A DNA stretch of 64,000 nucleotides from Octopus vulgaris. Its lineage: Eukaryota. The stretch spans positions 45,446,001-45,510,000 of the forward strand of contig OX597819.1 of NCBI GenBank assembly GCA_951406725.2, read 5' to 3'. Shown in pieces: positions 37,621 to 55,165 of the stretch. The translations under genes were made by a program, and so were the position numbers. The notes beneath the pieces were generated by a model. That model was not told the origin of the DNA, ran no database searches, and was given only the letters and a program-made list of their open reading frames with translations. Every line of letters starts with the position of its first letter. The stretch's first letter is position 1.

Positions 37621-38376
37621 GTGATATTTATTGATATTTTTTGCAGCTTCTGCTGTTGTGTCTATTATTTTTGTTGTTATTATTGCCGTTGTTATGAAGC
37701 TTGTTGTTACTTTTACTATCGTTTATGAAGGTTGTTTATATTCCTGCGCCAGCCAGTGTTACCTTTTTTTTTATTATTTTTCTTGTTGTAATGTCTGCTG
37801 CTGTTTCTCACGCTGTCAAGTTTTCATCGGCTTTGTCTGTTGTTGTTGCTGTTGCTGTTGTTGTTCTCGTTTCCTTGCTGCTGCTTATTTCGTTCTTGTA
37901 ATAGTTGAGGTTGGTGTTAGTTGTTATGAAGGTTTTTATTATGAATTTTTTCAGTTACCATTGATATTTTTCTGGTTATGCTTTTTTCTTTTGGTTATTT
38001 CTGCTGCTAATTCTCACACTGTCAAATCCCCATGCTCCTCCTCCACTCTTTCTTTCTTTCTTCATCTTTCGTCTTCGCTCCTCATTATATATCACTTTAC
38101 GTCCCATGTTCAAACTCCACCGATGTCTGTCGACATTTATCATTACGAATACCGGGATCAAAAATAAAGATGCAGACAAACAAATATGGAAACAAAATAG
38201 ACACATTAATTAACTCACTCGTTAATTAATAGTAGTAAAGTAGCCTTGTCGATTCAATTCATTATAATATGCTTCAATATATTTGACTATGTACATATAG
38301 TAAAGTCATCATCATCCTTATCATCATCATCATCACTATCACATTCATTGTCATCATCATCATCACCATCATTATT

Positions 38377-38910
38377 GAGTGAGAGAGCAGCGCCTGCCAT
38401 CAAAGTGACACTGGGTACAAATATACGCAGCCCAATATACACATGATGACTTCCAGATTGATAAGAGTACATCAAGCAAATGCATCATAACCATATGTAC
38501 GCGATATGGTGATCTCATATCGAGATAAACAGCGCATGGCTTTGCGGGTGGGGCCCAGTTAGAATTTACTACAGGTTGCGTAGCCCATCCCGCTCAAAAG
38601 ATTCTTGAATAAGAGTTGTTTAAGTATGTTGAACGAAACACCTAGTTTCCTGAAGTGAATTATTCAAACACTAAAGAATTCCTCTCAAGATATGGCCATG
38701 ATGCACCCCCACTACTTCTGCTCGTGATCAGAAATGCCCAAATCGTCAGTCATTAATGGCCATGCACAACTGGTTAAGGTCAAACAACTGACAAGCAAAT
38801 CTGTGGTACTGAGCAAAATATTTACCCGCCTTTTACACCAGAACAAAACATGTCCATGACAATACCTTCAATCAGTTAAGATCAGAAGCCACGAGAGCCG
38901 TTGCCTGCTG
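38377..38910 (-). mobile_element. Family A retroposon, copy 3 (more diverged)
   Basis: gagtgagagagcagcgcctgccatcaaagtgacactggg...; ATT/ATC flanks. Confidence 0.9.
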
Positions 38911-38934
38911 ATTATTATTATTATTAATATTTAC

Positions 38935-39290
38935 GGCGGTCTTCCCCCGAGGTCGACTTTGCCTTTCATTTTTTCGGTGTCGATGAAATAAGTACCAGTT
39001 ACGCACTGAAATCGATAAAATCGATTAGTCCCTTCCACCCAAATTTCAGGCCTTGTGCCTTTAGTAGAAAGAATTATTACTCAACGCCGCGAGCTGGCAC
39101 GCCGGGCAAAATGTTTATTAGCATGTCGTCCGTTTTTATTTCCTGGGTTCAAATTCTGCTGAGGTTGATTTTGCCATTCATCCATTCGGGGTCGATAAAA
39201 TAAGTAACAGTCAAATACTAGTTTCGATGAAATAAACTTTACCACCCACTCCAAACTTGCTGGCCTTGTACCAAAATGGGAAACCAGTAT
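38935..39290 (+). mobile_element. Two head-to-tail SINE B short-tail copies
   Basis: gaggtcgactttgcctttc...aaatttcaggccttgtgcc and cgagctggcacgccgggcaaaatg...ggccttgtacc. Confidence 0.75.
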
Positions 39291-39320
39291 TATTATCATT
39301 ATTATTATTATTATTATTAA

Positions 39321-39366
<46 letters not shown>

Positions 39367-39900
39367 GAGTGAGAGAGCAGCGCATGCAATCAAAGTGACA
39401 CTAGGGTAAAATTTACAAAACCCAGTATACCCATCATGACTACACGTTTGATGCATGTACACCAGGCACATGCATCACAACCATGTGTGCGCGACATGGT
39501 GTTCTTATATCAAGTTAAACAGCACATGACCTTTTTCTTCTAGTCGAGTAATCCATCCTGCTCAAAAGGTCCCTAAATAAGGGTTGTTTAAGGATATTGA
39601 ACGAAACACCTAGGTTTCCAGAGGTGAATTATTCGAATCTCAAAGAATTCCTCTCAGCACATGGCTAAGATGCTTCCCCACTACTTCTTCTCGTGATCAG
39701 AGATGCACATATCGTCAGCCACTAAGGGACATGCTCAACTGGTTAAGGTCAAACAACTGACAAACAGATCTGTAGTATTGAGCAGAATATTTGCTGTAGC
39801 CCATCTTTTATACCAAGACAAAACAATGTACATGATAACACTTCCAATCAGTTAAGATCAGAAGCCACGAGAGCCACTGTCTGGTACTACATCAGGGCAT
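39367..39900 (-). mobile_element. Family A retroposon, copy 4 (small internal deletion)
   Basis: Both ends present, inside (ATT)n. Confidence 0.9.
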
Positions 39901-39918
39901 TTATTATCATTATTATTA

Positions 39919-40533
<615 letters not shown>

Positions 40534-40544
40534 CATTATTATTG

Positions 40545-40760
40545 AGGTGGCGAGCTGGCAGAATCGGTAACGCGCCAGGAAAAATGCTTATCCGTATCTC
40601 GTCTGTCCTTACGTTCGGAGTTCAAACTCCACCGAGGTTGCCTTTACTTTTCATCATTATGGGTATGATAAAATAAGTGCCAGTAGAGCACTGGGATCGA
40701 TGTAATCGAGTTGTCACCTCACACCAAATTTCAGGTCTTGTACTTTTATAGCAGCAGTAT
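40545..40760 (+). mobile_element. SINE B short-tail copy
   Basis: ggtggcgagctggcagaatcgg...gagttcaaactcc...aaatttcaggtcttgtac. Confidence 0.8.
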
Positions 40761-40789
40761 AATTATTATTATTATCTTATGAAAACTCA

Positions 40790-41379
40790 CAGCTTATTTT
40801 ACTGGGTATGATGGAAATTGTCAGCTGTGCACAGCCAGTAGACCAAGAATTCTTGCAGCTCCAACCGATGCTGATTTTTGTAGATGTTCTACTGTCACAC
40901 TTGCACAAATCTTTTTCAGCCATGTTGGTAGTTGAGTGCTGATACTATTGAGTGCTGATTACTATTGGTATCACGTCTACTCTCTTCATTGACTTCAACC
41001 TTCGTATTTCCCAACCATCGCATACGAGTGCTTCTGTCTGTATCTTCATGTCATTCATAGCCACCGGTTTGCTGTATTTGTCTTCGCGTTCATATCCTTT
41101 CCAAACTGACTGTACATTATTTTTTTCTTTCATGCTTTTTTTGTGTTTATTTGTTGTTTAAATTTTTCTTTCATTACACAATTTTCCGTTTTGATGACGC
41201 CGGCCTTCTTCGTGAATTTCAACAGTGGATCTACGGCATCTTTAACATATCACTATAAGCTCTTTTCCTCTGCGTCGATACCGTCCTGACAACTGATCAA
41301 TCTTATAATATCCGCTGCATACCGAAGTGATGATATCGCCTACATATTAACTGCTTGAATTTTTATTCCGTCCGGTCAA
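40790..41379 (-). mobile_element. Decayed, internally deleted R4/Dong-type retrotransposon
   Basis: Minus-strand pieces LTGRNK/IQAVNM*AISSLRYAADI, LISCQDGIDAEEKSL, QTEALVC, VDVIPIVI and LQKSASVGAARIL parallel the ORF at 49312-50412. Confidence 0.7.
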
Positions 41380-41775
41380 GCGAGCTGGCAGAAACTTTAG
41401 CACGCCGGGCGAAATGCGTAGCCGTATTTCGTCTGCCGTTACGTTCTGAGTTCAAATTCCACCGAGGTCGACTTTGCCTTTCATCCTTTCGGGGTCGATA
41501 AATTAAGTACCAGTTACGCACTGGGGTCGATATAGTCGACTTAATCCGTTTGTCTGTCCTTGTTTGTCCTCTCGGTGTTTAGCCCCTTGTGGGTAGTAAA
41601 GAAATAGGTATTTCGTCTGCCGTTACGTTTTGAGTTCAAATTCCGCACAGGTCGACTTTATCTTTCATCCTTTCGGGATCGATTAAATATGTACCAGTTA
41701 CGCACAGGGTCGATGTAATCGACTTAATCCGTTTGTCTGTCCTTGTTTAGCCCCCTGTATGCAATAAAGAAAAAA
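41380..41775 (+). mobile_element. Tandem SINE B long-tail copies (41380-41606 near full length; 41607-41775 5'-truncated)
   Basis: The first ends gggtagtaaagaaata and is immediately followed by internal SINE sequence ggtatttcgtctgccgttacg. Confidence 0.85.
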
Positions 41776-41822
41776 TATCTTTATCACTACTATTATTATC
41801 GTCATTATCATCATCATCATCA

Positions 41823-41881
<59 letters not shown>

Positions 41882-43128
41882 GGGCTGATATTGGATGTTA
41901 GAACTGATATTGCAACTGACTTGCAGCATTTAAATTACATTTCCGTACGCTGTGAACTCAATCCTTTCTGCGACTTAATTTCACTTTCATCCTCCTCTAT
42001 AAAATAAGGCCCATCCCGTCTGGTATTGAATCCACTATAATTATCTTCTTGAAAATGTCTGGGCTATGTTAAACATCATTATTATTCTAATAAGTCTTCC
42101 TTGGTTCACAAGTCCTTTTTCATGTCATTGTTGATGCCTTTATTTCTTTTGCCACATATTTCATTTTCGATTTTTTTTCACTTCACATATTTCAAAGTTT
42201 TATTTATTGCTAAGTCTATTGTATAACAATAAAATAAACACTTTAAATGAAACACTAAATAGCATACGATCAACTCCACTTAATTACATACATCGTTTAA
42301 TTGTATAACTTTTTAGCGTCAAATCTAGGTAAGATTCACCAGTTAATTGCATAAGCAAATCCACTCAATTTCTCATGATCACATACTTTTTAATGATTTT
42401 GATTTCAAGTGAAGGATAAAATTTCACAATTATTTTACTGAATATGAATGAAAATTTCCGAATCCACGTTGAGTTAAGATGACAGGAATTAAACTTTTCT
42501 ATTTTCATAGAACGGTTTTCAAAAGATTCAAACGTATTAAAGGTCATTCTGAATATTCCATAGAAAGGAAAACCAACTGAATTTCAAATTTCGGTACTAT
42601 TTTTTGTATTTCAGTCTTAATTGCGAAATAAAATTAATAATTCTATAAATAAATAATACTAGAAAAAATGTATATAAGCATAGTTCTTAATTACAATTAA
42701 TGGACGCTATTTTGTTTTGTTTATCGAAGACATTAAAGTTGAAGACACGTTTTCGTAACCTGCACGATTGTAGCCCGTTATAGTTGTAGAAACTATAAAA
42801 AGTGTGAATATGCTCTTATATTTGTAAACGTTTTTCAGTTAAAATAAATTGGGCTAGAATTCATTTACAGCAGAATTTCCCTATCATACTGTCAGCGAGC
42901 ACAGATCGATTACTAGGTCAAGCCTTTTCGCTTCGTTGAAGCAGCTATCCGTTTGGATACATCAGCATCACGTAATCTCATTTCTCACCTCTCATGTAAA
43001 TCTATTATCATTTGTGCTTAATGTTTTTGTTAAAAATCTATAAACTTGCTCGTCTCTTTCTTTATCTCCGTCACTTTTTCTCCATGGTTCTTTTGCTCCC
43101 TTGAACGTACAAATGTATTGATATTTTA

Positions 43129-43160
<32 letters not shown>

Positions 43161-43185
43161 CCCTCTCACTATGTATATGTATATG

Positions 43186-43433
43186 TTTACTCTTTTACTC
43201 TTTTACTTGTTTCAGTCATTTTGACTGTGGATGCTGGAGCACTACCTTTAGTCGAGCAAATCAACCCCAGGACTTATTCTTTGCATGCCTAGTACTTATT
43301 CTATCGGTCTCTCCTGCCGAACTACTAACTTACGGGGACGTAAACACACCAGCATCAGTTGTCAAGCGATGTTGGAGGACAAACACAGACACACAAACAT
43401 ATACATACATGCATACATACATACATACATACA

Positions 43434-43504
<71 letters not shown>

Positions 43505-43632
43505 ACGAAGTGCTCCTTTCAGTTTCTGTCTACCAAATCCACTCACTTGCCCAAGGTGCCACGTAGCGCGACTGAACCCGGAACCATGTGGTTCGTAAGC
43601 AAGCTACTTACCACACAGCCACTCCTACGCCT
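43186..43632 (-). mobile_element. SINE C
   Basis: tactcttttacttgtttcagtcat...taccacacagccactcctacgcc. Confidence 0.9.
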
Positions 43633-44208
43633 ATATATATATATATATATGTTCTTGTTTTTAATTCGGCCTTTTTTACTATCTATCCCTTTTTCCCTAA
43701 GTCCTATTCCCTGTTATCTATTTCGCTCTATTTCTCTAGCATTTTGCACGTTCAGAATATTTACATTCTATCTATAGATACATCAATTGCTTAGAAATCG
43801 CATACATAGGCAGCTAAATACATATGCACTTGTACACACAGACACACACAATACTGCCTCGCATACGCACTCAGTCATACATGCGCACGCATATAATCAC
43901 ACATGCACACGCAGCTACAGACACACGTAACGTACAAGTCGCAAATAAACACACTCCATTCAAACACACGCAGTTACATCAAAACTCAGTTTCACGCATT
44001 TCATTGAAGCACACCCAGCTCCGCCTCTTCCTCTCTCTCCCCCTCCTCCTCCTTCTGAACACCCACACCATGCACAATCACATGCACACGTATAAAAGCA
44101 CACACTATTCGTAATGAAATATACTCACACTCAAAAGTACACATGAATATACGCATGCTTCCATACGCAAAACATGTATACTAACATACATATTTAAATA
44201 TAACACAA

Positions 44209-44294
<86 letters not shown>

Positions 44295-45562
44295 CTGTAT
44301 ATATATATATATATACACGCATACATATTTATATACACACTTGCATTGTGTGTCTCTCGTCGCACCCAAACACATAAATATATAATACGCATGCACAAAT
44401 ATTACACATACATACATTCATACACACATACATACATACATACATACATACATTCATACACACATACATACATACATACATACACACACATACACACACA
44501 CATACATACATACATACACAGCTGCACACACTTATAAAATCAACAACATACATACACACACCCATATACACATGTAGAGATATATACATACACACAACTC
44601 ACATTCACAGCCATTCACGCGCTGACTGTGTGTAACAGACACGTTCTCAGACAACCACCTTCTAAATTACATCCTACTTGGTTATTACTAGTAATTATAA
44701 CCATCATTGTTAAAGTAATATTGGTGTTTGTAATTATACAGTCCTACTAATAGTGGCATTGCTTTTTGTTAGTCGCCTATGCATTGTTACTAACGCTTCT
44801 TTAATGGCTTCCCTTATAATCTTACTAATTGCTACAGTCGTACACTTTCTTGCTATATAATAACCGCCGCTTTTTAACTACTGCCTCTGATTTAATGTTA
44901 CTAATTGCCTACTAAAATACTTTGCTGTCGTTGGTTGCTATCATCGTTGATATTACACAGCTGCAGCAGGTAGGTTCGAGTTGTAACTGATGCAGAAAAA
45001 AAGGGAAAGAAAATCCACAATGAAAAACAAATACATAGATATTTAAAATAAAGTATAAATAAAAATACAAAGACCGATTAAAAGCAGGAAAAGTACCAAA
45101 AAGAAAATGATAAAATGAAAAAAAATAAAATTCTCAGTTGTTTTGTATAGTATTAAATACTTCGTTTGCTTTTCGGCGTTTTTTTTTTGTTGTTGTTGCT
45201 TTTTGTAGTATTATATGATTTAAAGAGCTTACATAGAACTCGGTTGATAATATACCAGACTGCCCGCGAAAGAATTGATCTGTGGTCACAAGAAAGCATA
45301 TTGAAATTACTGAACATCACTATGAGCTCTCAACAATCCGAATTACATAAATGTAAGTTTAAAAATGTTTTTTTTTTATCAGTATTTAAAGTTATATTTA
45401 AAAACTGTAATCAACTGTTTCTTACTCTAAATTTGAAATACGAGTGGGTGACGGGGCAACAATCGTTTATATCAAATCCTGTAGATGACTGGAAATGTTA
45501 CCAACCCTTAGTATGATGGTTACTGATTTAAGGAACATGGCCAGTAATTTTGAGCGGAGAAA

Positions 45563-45782
45563 CTCTTTTTTTTTTTTTACTTGTTTCAGCCATTTGACCG
45601 TGGCCATGCTGGAGCACCGCCTTTAGTCGAGAAAATCGAGACTAGGATCTATTCGTTGTAAGCCTAGTACTTATTCTATGTCTCTTTTGACGAACCGCTA
45701 AGTTACGGGGATGTAAACACACCACCATCGGTTGTCAAGCGGTGTTGGGGGGACAAACACAGACACACAAACACATACACAC

Positions 45783-45819
<37 letters not shown>

Positions 45820-45915
45820 CATATATATATACATATATACGACGGGCTTCTTTCAGTTTCCGGCTACCAAATCCACTCACAATGCCTTGATCGGCCCGAG
45901 GCTATAGTAGAAGAC
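45563..45915 (-). mobile_element. SINE C lacking its tRNA head
   Basis: Tail and middle present; stops at gctatagtagaagac before (AAT)n. Confidence 0.85.
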
Positions 45916-46314
45916 AATAATAATAATAATAATTCCGACCTACATTGAAGATACATGCACGCATACATACACACGCACACAGTACACACATATATACACA
46001 CTCATACACACAAACTCTGATACCAATAGACACACATTCACACACACACACACACATATATATATACATTCAATTACATACATTGATATGTATATATGCA
46101 TGTTTGTATATGCATCGGTCAGTACAATCTAAAACATCGTAGGATTACCTACAAGTTTATTTCTAGCGAGTTGTAAAGAGCATATATGCCCCCGGGTAAC
46201 GAATCCGATGAGTCGTCTATACAGCTAAGAATTGTGTAGGTTCGAGACTAATTGTCACATAGTATATGTATATATGATATGTATAATATATATGCGTGTG
46301 TGTATGTGAGTGTA

Positions 46315-46371
<57 letters not shown>

Positions 46372-46445
46372 GTATGCGTATGTGTGAATCTGAGCATCTA
46401 TATAGGTATGTTTATAGATATGTGTGCTATATATATATATACTGA

Positions 46446-46756
46446 GAACGCCTTCATTCATGACTGACCATGGGATTGCACCTAGAAAGTTACTCTCCCG
46501 GGTACAAGTCCGGGCAAGGTCGCCCATGCATACCGGCCTCCCCTTTCCACGCCACCAGTGTTATCCATGGGAAAGGCAAATGCCGATACAGCTTGGCACC
46601 TGTAACGTCGCAACTCATTTCTACAGCTGAGTGAACTGGAGCAACGTGAAATAAAGTGTCTGGCTCAACAACACTACACGCAGCCCGGTCCGGGATTCGA
46701 ACTCACAACCTCGCGATCTAGGTTCGCGACTCTAGCCACTGAGCCATGCCCCTTCA
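46446..46756 (-). mobile_element. SINE E with intact tRNA-like head
   Basis: Minus strand: tgaaggggcatggctcagtggctag (A box)...gagttcgaatccc (B box); the body matches 2328-2640. Confidence 0.85.
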
Positions 46757-46889
46757 CACACACACACAAACACACACACATATATAAATAAATATATATA
46801 TATATATCTTTATATAATATATTGCTTCACGACGCCGTCAATGATGCTGTCAATGCTAACGAATGGCGTCGATGTGGACTGGAGTTTCT

Positions 46890-46934
46890 GGATCATGATA
46901 ACGATGATGATGAAGAGGGTGATGATGATGAGGT

Positions 46935-46981
<47 letters not shown>

Positions 46982-46998
46982 GTGATGACGATGATGAC

Positions 46999-47046
<48 letters not shown>

Positions 47047-47150
47047 AATGGTGATATTGACGACGACAGCGAATACTAGGACGATGGCGATGACGACGAC
47101 AACAACCACCGACACCACCACAATGAGGATGACAATGACGATGGCGACGA
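46890..47150. repeat. (GAT)n/(GAC)n microsatellite
   Basis: Directly visible. Confidence 0.9.
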
Positions 47151-47317
47151 CGTTAAAGGGAGTATCAGTACCACCACCATTTATTCTGATTTATTTATTA
47201 TACATTTGCTTGCGACGAAAATTGTTTGAATGAGAAACGAAAAAAAAACCCCAAAACAAAAAAAAAGTCGAACATTATAATTGGAGAGTGTCAAAAGAAA
47301 CAAATAGTCACTCACAC

Positions 47318-47592
<275 letters not shown>

Positions 47593-47938
47593 TGTTCCTT
47601 CAAAAGACAACAAACCTACAGACTAATAGAAATGAATAACTAGCTACAACATATTGAAAGTTGATTTAAAAGCCATTTTGCGTTCCGAGCAGCGTCTTCT
47701 TACTTCAATCCTAGTAACCCTTGAATCTTCGAGTACTTGCTCTTCCACTCTTCATTTCGATTTGACACTCTTATGCGTTTTCTCCCCATGCATGACCACC
47801 CTTATTTGCGAGAAATCTTTTTCTAACCTTTATACGCCTCTACCAGTGGAATTTAAAGAATTTAATAAGCGTAATTTGTTTTAAAGCAGTGAAATCCAGC
47901 TATCAGCATTCCCTCGCCTAGTCGAGTATATATGTGTA

Positions 47939-48100
<162 letters not shown>

Positions 48101-48368
48101 TTTCGTCGTTTCTTTTTCAGGCTGGCCATTAATTAAAAATTTTCCTTGACAACGAATGCAACGAAGCAAGAAATAAGAAGTACGGCTCAGTTTCCAGTAA
48201 ATACCGGTCAGTAGAAGAAAGCCTCGAGAATTAATGAAGGAGATTCTTTGTGGTGCTATAAAGAACATTCTCAGAAACTGCGAGATATAGCAAACCATGT
48301 CCTTCAGATTAAACTCTACTGTCTTAAATAAGGAATGGGCACTTTGGCTAACGTATTCTTGTATTCGT

Positions 48369-48528
<160 letters not shown>

Positions 48529-48565
48529 CATTATTATTATTATTATTATTATTATCATTATTATT

Positions 48566-49108
48566 GAGTGAGAGAGCAGTGCATGCCATCAAAGTGACAC
48601 TGGGGTAAAATATACGAAGCCCAGGATACCCATCATGACTACCCATCTGATGCATGTACACCAGGCACATGCATCTCAATCATATGTGCGTGAAATGGTG
48701 ACCTCATATCAAGATAAACAGCACATGACCTTGTAGGTGGGGCCCAGTTAGAATTTTCTTCTGGTCGAGTAACCCATCCTGCTCAGTAATCCTCCCTGAG
48801 TAAGGGTTGTTTAAGGATGTTGAACGAAACACCCATGTTTCCAGAGGTGAATTATTCAAACCCCAAAGAATCCCTCTCAACACACGGCTATGATGCTCCC
48901 CCACTACTTCTGCTCGTGATCAGAGATGCACATATCGTCAGCCACTAAGGGACATGCTCAACTGGTTAAGGTCAAACAACTGACAAGCAAATCTGTGGTA
49001 TCGAGCAGAATATTTGCTGTAGCCCATCTTTTATACCAAGACAAAACAATGTACATGATAACACTTCCAATAAATTAAATACCACTGCCTGGTACTGCAT
49101 CAGGGCAT
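48566..49108 (-). mobile_element. Family A retroposon, copy 6
   Basis: Both ends present; lies directly downstream of the R4/Dong element in the same orientation. Confidence 0.9.
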
Positions 49109-49130
49109 TTATTATTATCATTATTATTAT

Positions 49131-50559
<1,429 letters not shown>

Positions 50560-50564
50560 ATTAC

Positions 50565-50595
<31 letters not shown>

Positions 50596-50639
50596 ATTAT
50601 TGTTGTTATTATTATTATTATTATTATTTATTTTTTTTT

Positions 50640-51291
50640 TCTTTACTTGCTTTACTCATTGGACTGCAGCTATGTTGGGGCACCTGTAAGTGTTCGATCG
50701 ACCAAAGCAGCCCTCTATATATTTTCATATTTAATTTTAGTACACACTTCATCGTTTTATTTTGCCGAGTCGTGTGATTATGGCATTGCAAAGAAACTGA
50801 TACCGGTTGCCATGCGCTGAGATAATACAAAAACGTTCACATACATGCAAGCAGGCATGTATGTATGTATGTATGTATGCATGCATCTATGTATGTATAC
50901 ATGCATGTATGTATGCATGCATGTATGTACGTATGTATACATGTATGTATGAATGCATGCATGTATGTACATATGTATACATGTATGTATACATGCATGT
51001 CCATATGTAAGTATGCCTGCATGAATGTATGTATGCCTGCATGAATGTATGTATGCATGTATGTTTGTAGCCATGCATGCATTTATGTATGTATGCATGT
51101 ATGCATGCATGCATGTATGTACATATGTATGCATGTATGTACGCATGCATGTATGTATGCATGCATGCATGTATGTATGTATGTATGCATGTATGTATGT
51201 ATGCATGTGTGTATTTACACATGTATGCATAAGTTACGGGTACATAAACGTTTCAATACGGATTTCAATTAGTGGAGGAAGACAAACAAAG

Positions 51292-51382
<91 letters not shown>

Positions 51383-51510
51383 CCCTTCACAAGGCTTTGA
51401 TCGGCCTGAGACTATCGTAGAAAACATTTGCTCAACGTGCCACGCAATGGGATAGAACTCGGAACTATGTCTTTGCGAAGCAAGCTTCCTACCACACATC
51501 CTTGCCTGCA
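50640..51510 (-). mobile_element. Two decayed SINE C segments separated by a ~380-bp (ATGY)n tract (50850-51230)
   Basis: Tail-like sequence at 50640-50850; aagttacggg...cacaaggctttgatcggcc...taccacaca at 51230-51510. Confidence 0.65.
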
Positions 51511-52034
51511 TGTCTGAGTACTTAACCGTTTTTTATACGTCAAATATCGAAATCTTCAATCCACAATGGACGAAAGAGTTAGACATAGTATGTTGATACA
51601 TAGACTGAATAATTGAGTTTCAGAGCCCGCACGTCTGGACTTCATTTTTGGATATATTACCTTTGATAAGACATATATTTATTATTCGGCAATCTAACAT
51701 TTCAGCGTCTTGGATTCAAATGTCTCTCTCACTTTTAGAATTCCGTCCAGTATTTTGTAGAATCATAAATTTAGGTAACAATAACTTCTATGCAAATAAT
51801 TTCGACATCGCTAACGTATGTTGGAAATATGAGCGACAGTGAGAGAAAGAGAGAGAGACAGACAGACAGACAGAGAACAGACAGACAGAGACAGACAGAC
51901 AGAGACAGAGACAGAGAGACAGACAGACAGTCAAACAGATAGACAGATAACCAGAGACTGAGAAAGAGAGGGGTGAAAGTGTTTTGGTTAGTTACTGTTA
52001 ATAGCTACAAAAGTAAAATTAGCACGTGTTGTTT

Positions 52035-52485
<451 letters not shown>

Positions 52486-52675
52486 GATTCGTATCTCAGT
52501 CATTAACCGCTTGTGTAGTAAAAAGCTGCGATGCTAAATGTGTACAGGCTTGCCAGTTTCTTTTTTCTTTTTGCATATTCATCGCTGATCTTCCTTGATA
52601 TACATAGGCTCCTCACACAATATTTTTGATATATTGGTAATGCATTGCTTTCTATTCTCACTTCATTCTCTGTTC

Positions 52676-52706
<31 letters not shown>

Positions 52707-53159
52707 CATATATTGTATCTTCTGCTTAGAAATCCTTTAAGTGTCTTTTCACTAGTTTCGATCTTTTCAGAAATAAATATCTCCCTGCAGTCACATTCGT
52801 AATGCACACCGTCTTTATAGGAGTGATAATAAAGATGATGATGTTGATGGGAGGGGGGGTAGTGGTGGTGGTGGTGTTGGGGATGTCGATCACGGCGACG
52901 ACGACGACAACGACATTATGATGATGATGATGATGACGATGGCGATGATGATGACAACGACGACGATGAATATGATGATGTTGATGATGATGATGATGGA
53001 GCTGATGGTGATAACAATGACGACGATGATGATAATAATGATGATGATAAGGACAATACTGATGACAGCGGTGTTGACGACAACAACGACGACGGCGATC
53101 CTGAAGACCACCACAACCTCGACCGTGGTAATGATGATGATGATGATGATGATGATGAT

Positions 53160-53460
53160 AATCATTGTAAAGAAACAGTATAAACTCGAACCAAAATCCG
53201 GTATATGAGAATGATATATGCTTGTTACTTTGGGGACATACCTGTCGCGACTGACAAGAAGATCAAACAGAAACAACCTAGATATAACAATTACAGACAG
53301 AAAAGAAAAAATAATTCTCCCAAAAACCTATGCACTCTGATAGACATCTCAATTACTTCCGCCCAAAACATCGTCCGAAAGGAAATTGAAAAGCTATCAA
53401 AGCGAAAGGAACTCGAAAGGGAAATAAGCAAGATTAGGTCCTATATGGTTACGTTGCAAG
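53160..53460 (+). mobile_element. Decayed R4/Dong-type RLE fragment
   Basis: YKLEPKS.YEND...DIPVATDKKI...LDITITD...CTLIDISITSAQNIVRKEIEKLSK..EL.REI, directly after a GAT/AAT tract. Confidence 0.75.
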
Positions 53461-53688
53461 AAAAAAAAAAAAAAAACATGAATGCAAATAGAAACACGTC
53501 ATAGGTACGAGTAATAGGCGCGAGCTAACGAGAATTTTTCTATCTGGTGGTTTGTTCGCTCGACTTGCTATAAACAGCATCCAAAATCTCCCTTCAAATC
53601 ACATTCCAATGTCTTAGAAAAGTACACGTCGGATAATCTAGCCACGGATTACCTACATAGAAAAATAATATATACGTACACACATACG

Positions 53689-53719
<31 letters not shown>

Positions 53720-53803
53720 AATTCAGGGTGAATACTTGATAAATGTAAGCACCTGTATATGCCAGCTAGTAGTAGAGGTGAGAGGATATATGTATATGTA
53801 TAC

Positions 53804-53934
<131 letters not shown>

Positions 53935-54249
53935 CATACAGGTTTGTCTTGGCTGGCTGGTATACCTTTAATCATATCTGCACAATCAGGATTGACTTGG
54001 AGCAAGACAACAACGGCAACAACGATAACAACAATATTCTTTATGTATTAAACATGCTAGGATAATACAACGATTCAAAGGTACAGGTCTGTCATCGCAT
54101 ATTCTATAAAATTGCATTTCAATAGTATAACATTTTCGACAGCCAACGCGGAGGTCTTTACGTGCACGCTCAAGCAGTTAGAAATAGTAATCAAATCTCC
54201 CTCAAATCAGACACTGCAGTCAAAAGAAAAACAGAAAAAAGATAAAGCA

Positions 54250-54507
54250 GGTGCAGGCGTGGCTATCTGGTAAGAAGTTTGCTTCCAAAATACATGGTTC
54301 CATATTCGGTTCCACAGAGTTTACGCCTTGAGGAAGTATCTTCTACTATAGCTTCGGGACGACAAAAGCCCTGCGAAGAGATTTGGTACACAGAAAATGG
54401 AAGCCCGTTCTATACAGCTATATCTGTATGTATGTATGTATGTATGTATGTATGTATGTATGTATGTATGTATGTATGTATGTATCTATCTATCTATCTA
54501 TATATCC

Positions 54508-54578
<71 letters not shown>

Positions 54579-54924
54579 TGTGACCGACCTATCAGATGTT
54601 GCTACACATCGCTGGTCACAATGCGCTTCGCATTGTTTTAGCCTTTAAATGACGCCACACCGCTGGCTAAGCGAGCAGGTCAACAGAAGAAGGAGTGAGA
54701 GAAAGGTGTGGCAAAAGAGTACAGCAGGGATCGCCACCACCCGCTGCCGAAGCCTCGTGGAGCTTTAGGTGTTTTCGCTCAATAAACACTCACAACGCCC
54801 GGTCTGGGAATCGAAACCTCGATCCTCCAACCTCAAGTCCGCTCCCCTAACCACTGGGCCATTGCGCCTCCACATATATGCACACGCACGCGCACACACA
54901 CACACACACTCACACACACACACA

Positions 54925-54986
<62 letters not shown>

Positions 54987-55165
54987 GGTATGTATACACC
55001 TATGTATGTGTGTGTCTTTGTATGTGCTTATCGTCACTGTAACTTAGTGGTTCAGCATAAGAGGCTAATGGAATAAATACCAGGTCTAAAAATTTACTGG
55101 GATCGATTCATTCGACTAAGATTTTTCAGGACGGTGCGCTAATGCATCCGCAACATAATGAATGA
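54250..55165 (+). mobile_element. Decayed SINE C split by a nested SINE D in its central microsatellite
   Basis: Head at 54250-54425 (ggcgtggctatctggtaagaag...gatttggtacacagaaa), tail at 55010-55165 (gtaacttagtggttcagc...ttcgactaa). Confidence 0.7.
54577..54872 (-). mobile_element. SINE D head with an alternative 3' tail
   Basis: Minus strand: tggaggcgcaatggcccagtggttag...ggtttcgattcccagaccggg; diverges from 6233-6615 after about 185 bp. Confidence 0.85.

Noticed and set aside
41364-41374. Apparent target duplication tattccgtccg / tatttcgtctg (41609)
   Set aside because: The left copy is better explained as R4/Dong coding sequence (LTGRNK) on the minus strand.
44961-44969. Possible 9-nt microexon or recursive splice site (cag|ctgcagcag|gtaggt)
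   Set aside because: It lies at the end of a decayed TGC/TAC trinucleotide region where such motifs are expected by chance.
46690-46756. tRNA-like sequences (also 6233-6305 and 54800-54872)
   Set aside because: They are SINE heads that continue into repeated bodies and lack a convincing full cloverleaf.
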